NCBI GenBank assembly: GCA_963755915.1 | Contig: CAVWLP010000002.1 | Location: forward strand, 2,816,001 to 2,880,000 | Source of the DNA: an uncultured Phycisphaerales bacterium | Lineage (GTDB): Bacteria; Planctomycetota; Phycisphaerae; Tepidisphaerales; Tepidisphaeraceae | Length of the DNA: 64,000 bases | Direction: 5' to 3' | Part shown: one piece after another, positions 63,195-64,000 of the stretch | How positions within the stretch are numbered: position 1 is the first letter of the stretch | How the letters are laid out: each line of letters begins with the position of its first letter | Position numbers and translations under genes: made by a program | Notes under the pieces: model-generated | What the model saw: the letters and a program-made list of their open reading frames with translations, nothing else | Databases searched by the model: none | What the model was told of the DNA's origin: nothing

Positions 63195-64000
63195 AAATTG
63201 GAATGCCGGATTTCTCTTGGCGTCAGGAATACCAGGTCAATTCCCACCACTTTTTTGCCACAGATTTTCGCGACCGCTCCGGCGTAGAGCTGCATCTGTT
63301 TTTGATAGGAGAGAGCACGCTCTTCCAGCTGGGGACCGGAGACTCGGTCTGTCTTGTAATCCACGATGGTGAGCCCGCCCGGAACCGGCAACATCAGATC
63401 GATCCGCCCCCGAATCATTATCTGATCCAGAGGATCAGCGCTCGGCGGGCAACCATCGGCCGGGCGCATGAGAGCGAAGGGAGTTTCGCGAATCAGTTTG
63501 GAATGGTTGGCGCGGAGAACATTTCCCAGCGGCGTGCCAAGCAGCCATTTTATCGCCTCGCGATCAACCCATTTCGCCTCCCGTGCGGCGAGCAGTTTGC
63601 GATCCACGAGCCCTTGAATCTGCGCTTCGACTTCGCCCGAACTGAAATCGAAATATTGCAGCACGGTGTGCGTCGCGTTCCCCACGTCAGTTGCCTTCGG
63701 CGCAGCCTCGGTCTGAAAAAAAACCGGCAGATCCAACTTTCGCTGCATTGCGACGCCCAGCCCGCCGGATTTGTCCTTTGCCAGTGAGGTAACCGATATC
63801 GCCCCCTGCACACGCGTGAATGGCTCCAGCGCATATCGGCTTTCGAATCGCTCGATAAGCTGCTTCGCGTGTTCGTTCATCGCGGGCGCTTTATCCAGCG
63901 GCTCAAGCCGGAACATTTTCTGTTGTAGCGGCGTGACCGACCTGTGCTCGTGGCGCAGGATTTTTCCACTTCCCAATCTCCTCGGCGCCGTGCGAAATCT
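63191..64000 (-). CDS. C-terminal PD-(D/E)XK nuclease domain of an AddA/RecB-like helicase-nuclease (partial)
   Basis: SVTSL, GNATHTVLQ, IRGRIDL, IVDYKTD, QMQLYA. Confidence 0.85.
   Translation of the reverse strand, partial: RFRTAPRRLGSGKILRHEHRSVTPLQQKMFRLEPLDKAPAMNEHAKQLIERFESRYALEPFTRVQGAISVTSLAKDKSGGLGVAMQRKLDLPVFFQTEAAPKATDVGNATHTVLQYFDFSSGEVEAQIQGLVDRKLLAAREAKWVDREAIKWLLGTPLGNVLRANHSKLIRETPFALMRPADGCPPSADPLDQIMIRGRIDLMLPVPGGLTIVDYKTDRVSGPQLEERALSYQKQMQLYAGAVAKICGKKVVGIDLVFLTPREIRHSNF

Overview
GC-rich bacterial chromosomal window. The lineage is probably Planctomycetota (Phycisphaerae/Tepidisphaerales-like), inferred from PEP-CTERM proteins with dockerin-like tails, an H-X9-DG prepilin-associated protein and many TPR-glycosyltransferases. 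Most genes are housekeeping or envelope genes: argJ, lexA, an IDH/IPMDH-family dehydrogenase, a Rho homologue, PIN-PhoH, a mannose-6-phosphate isomerase, yidC, mnmE, a sugar ABC transporter, nfo, ligA, a MarR-RND-MFP-TolC efflux operon, a WecA/ligase/acetyltransferase glycan cluster, lpxB and the C-terminus of an AddA-like nuclease. About 15 genes are split by single-base frameshifts, most likely long-read indel errors rather than pseudogenes. The most striking unannotated layer is a dense set of dispersed palindromic and short-period repeats (at least three families) that other DNA uses as landing sites. (i) An intact IS3 element sits in the loop of one family-A hairpin. (ii) A group II intron (34190-35629, internally deleted) sits in the arm of another family-A hairpin and has candidate EBS sequences complementary to that repeat. 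(iii) A DUF4375/MORN gene is bracketed by two copies of a composite repeat module between yidC and mnmE. (iv) An orphan, shortened BREX PglX-like methyltransferase carries three repeat insertions inside its coding sequence, two of them read in frame. An IS4 derivative with a 9-bp target duplication and a candidate small RNA were also found. All family calls come from motif recognition by eye; no searches were run.
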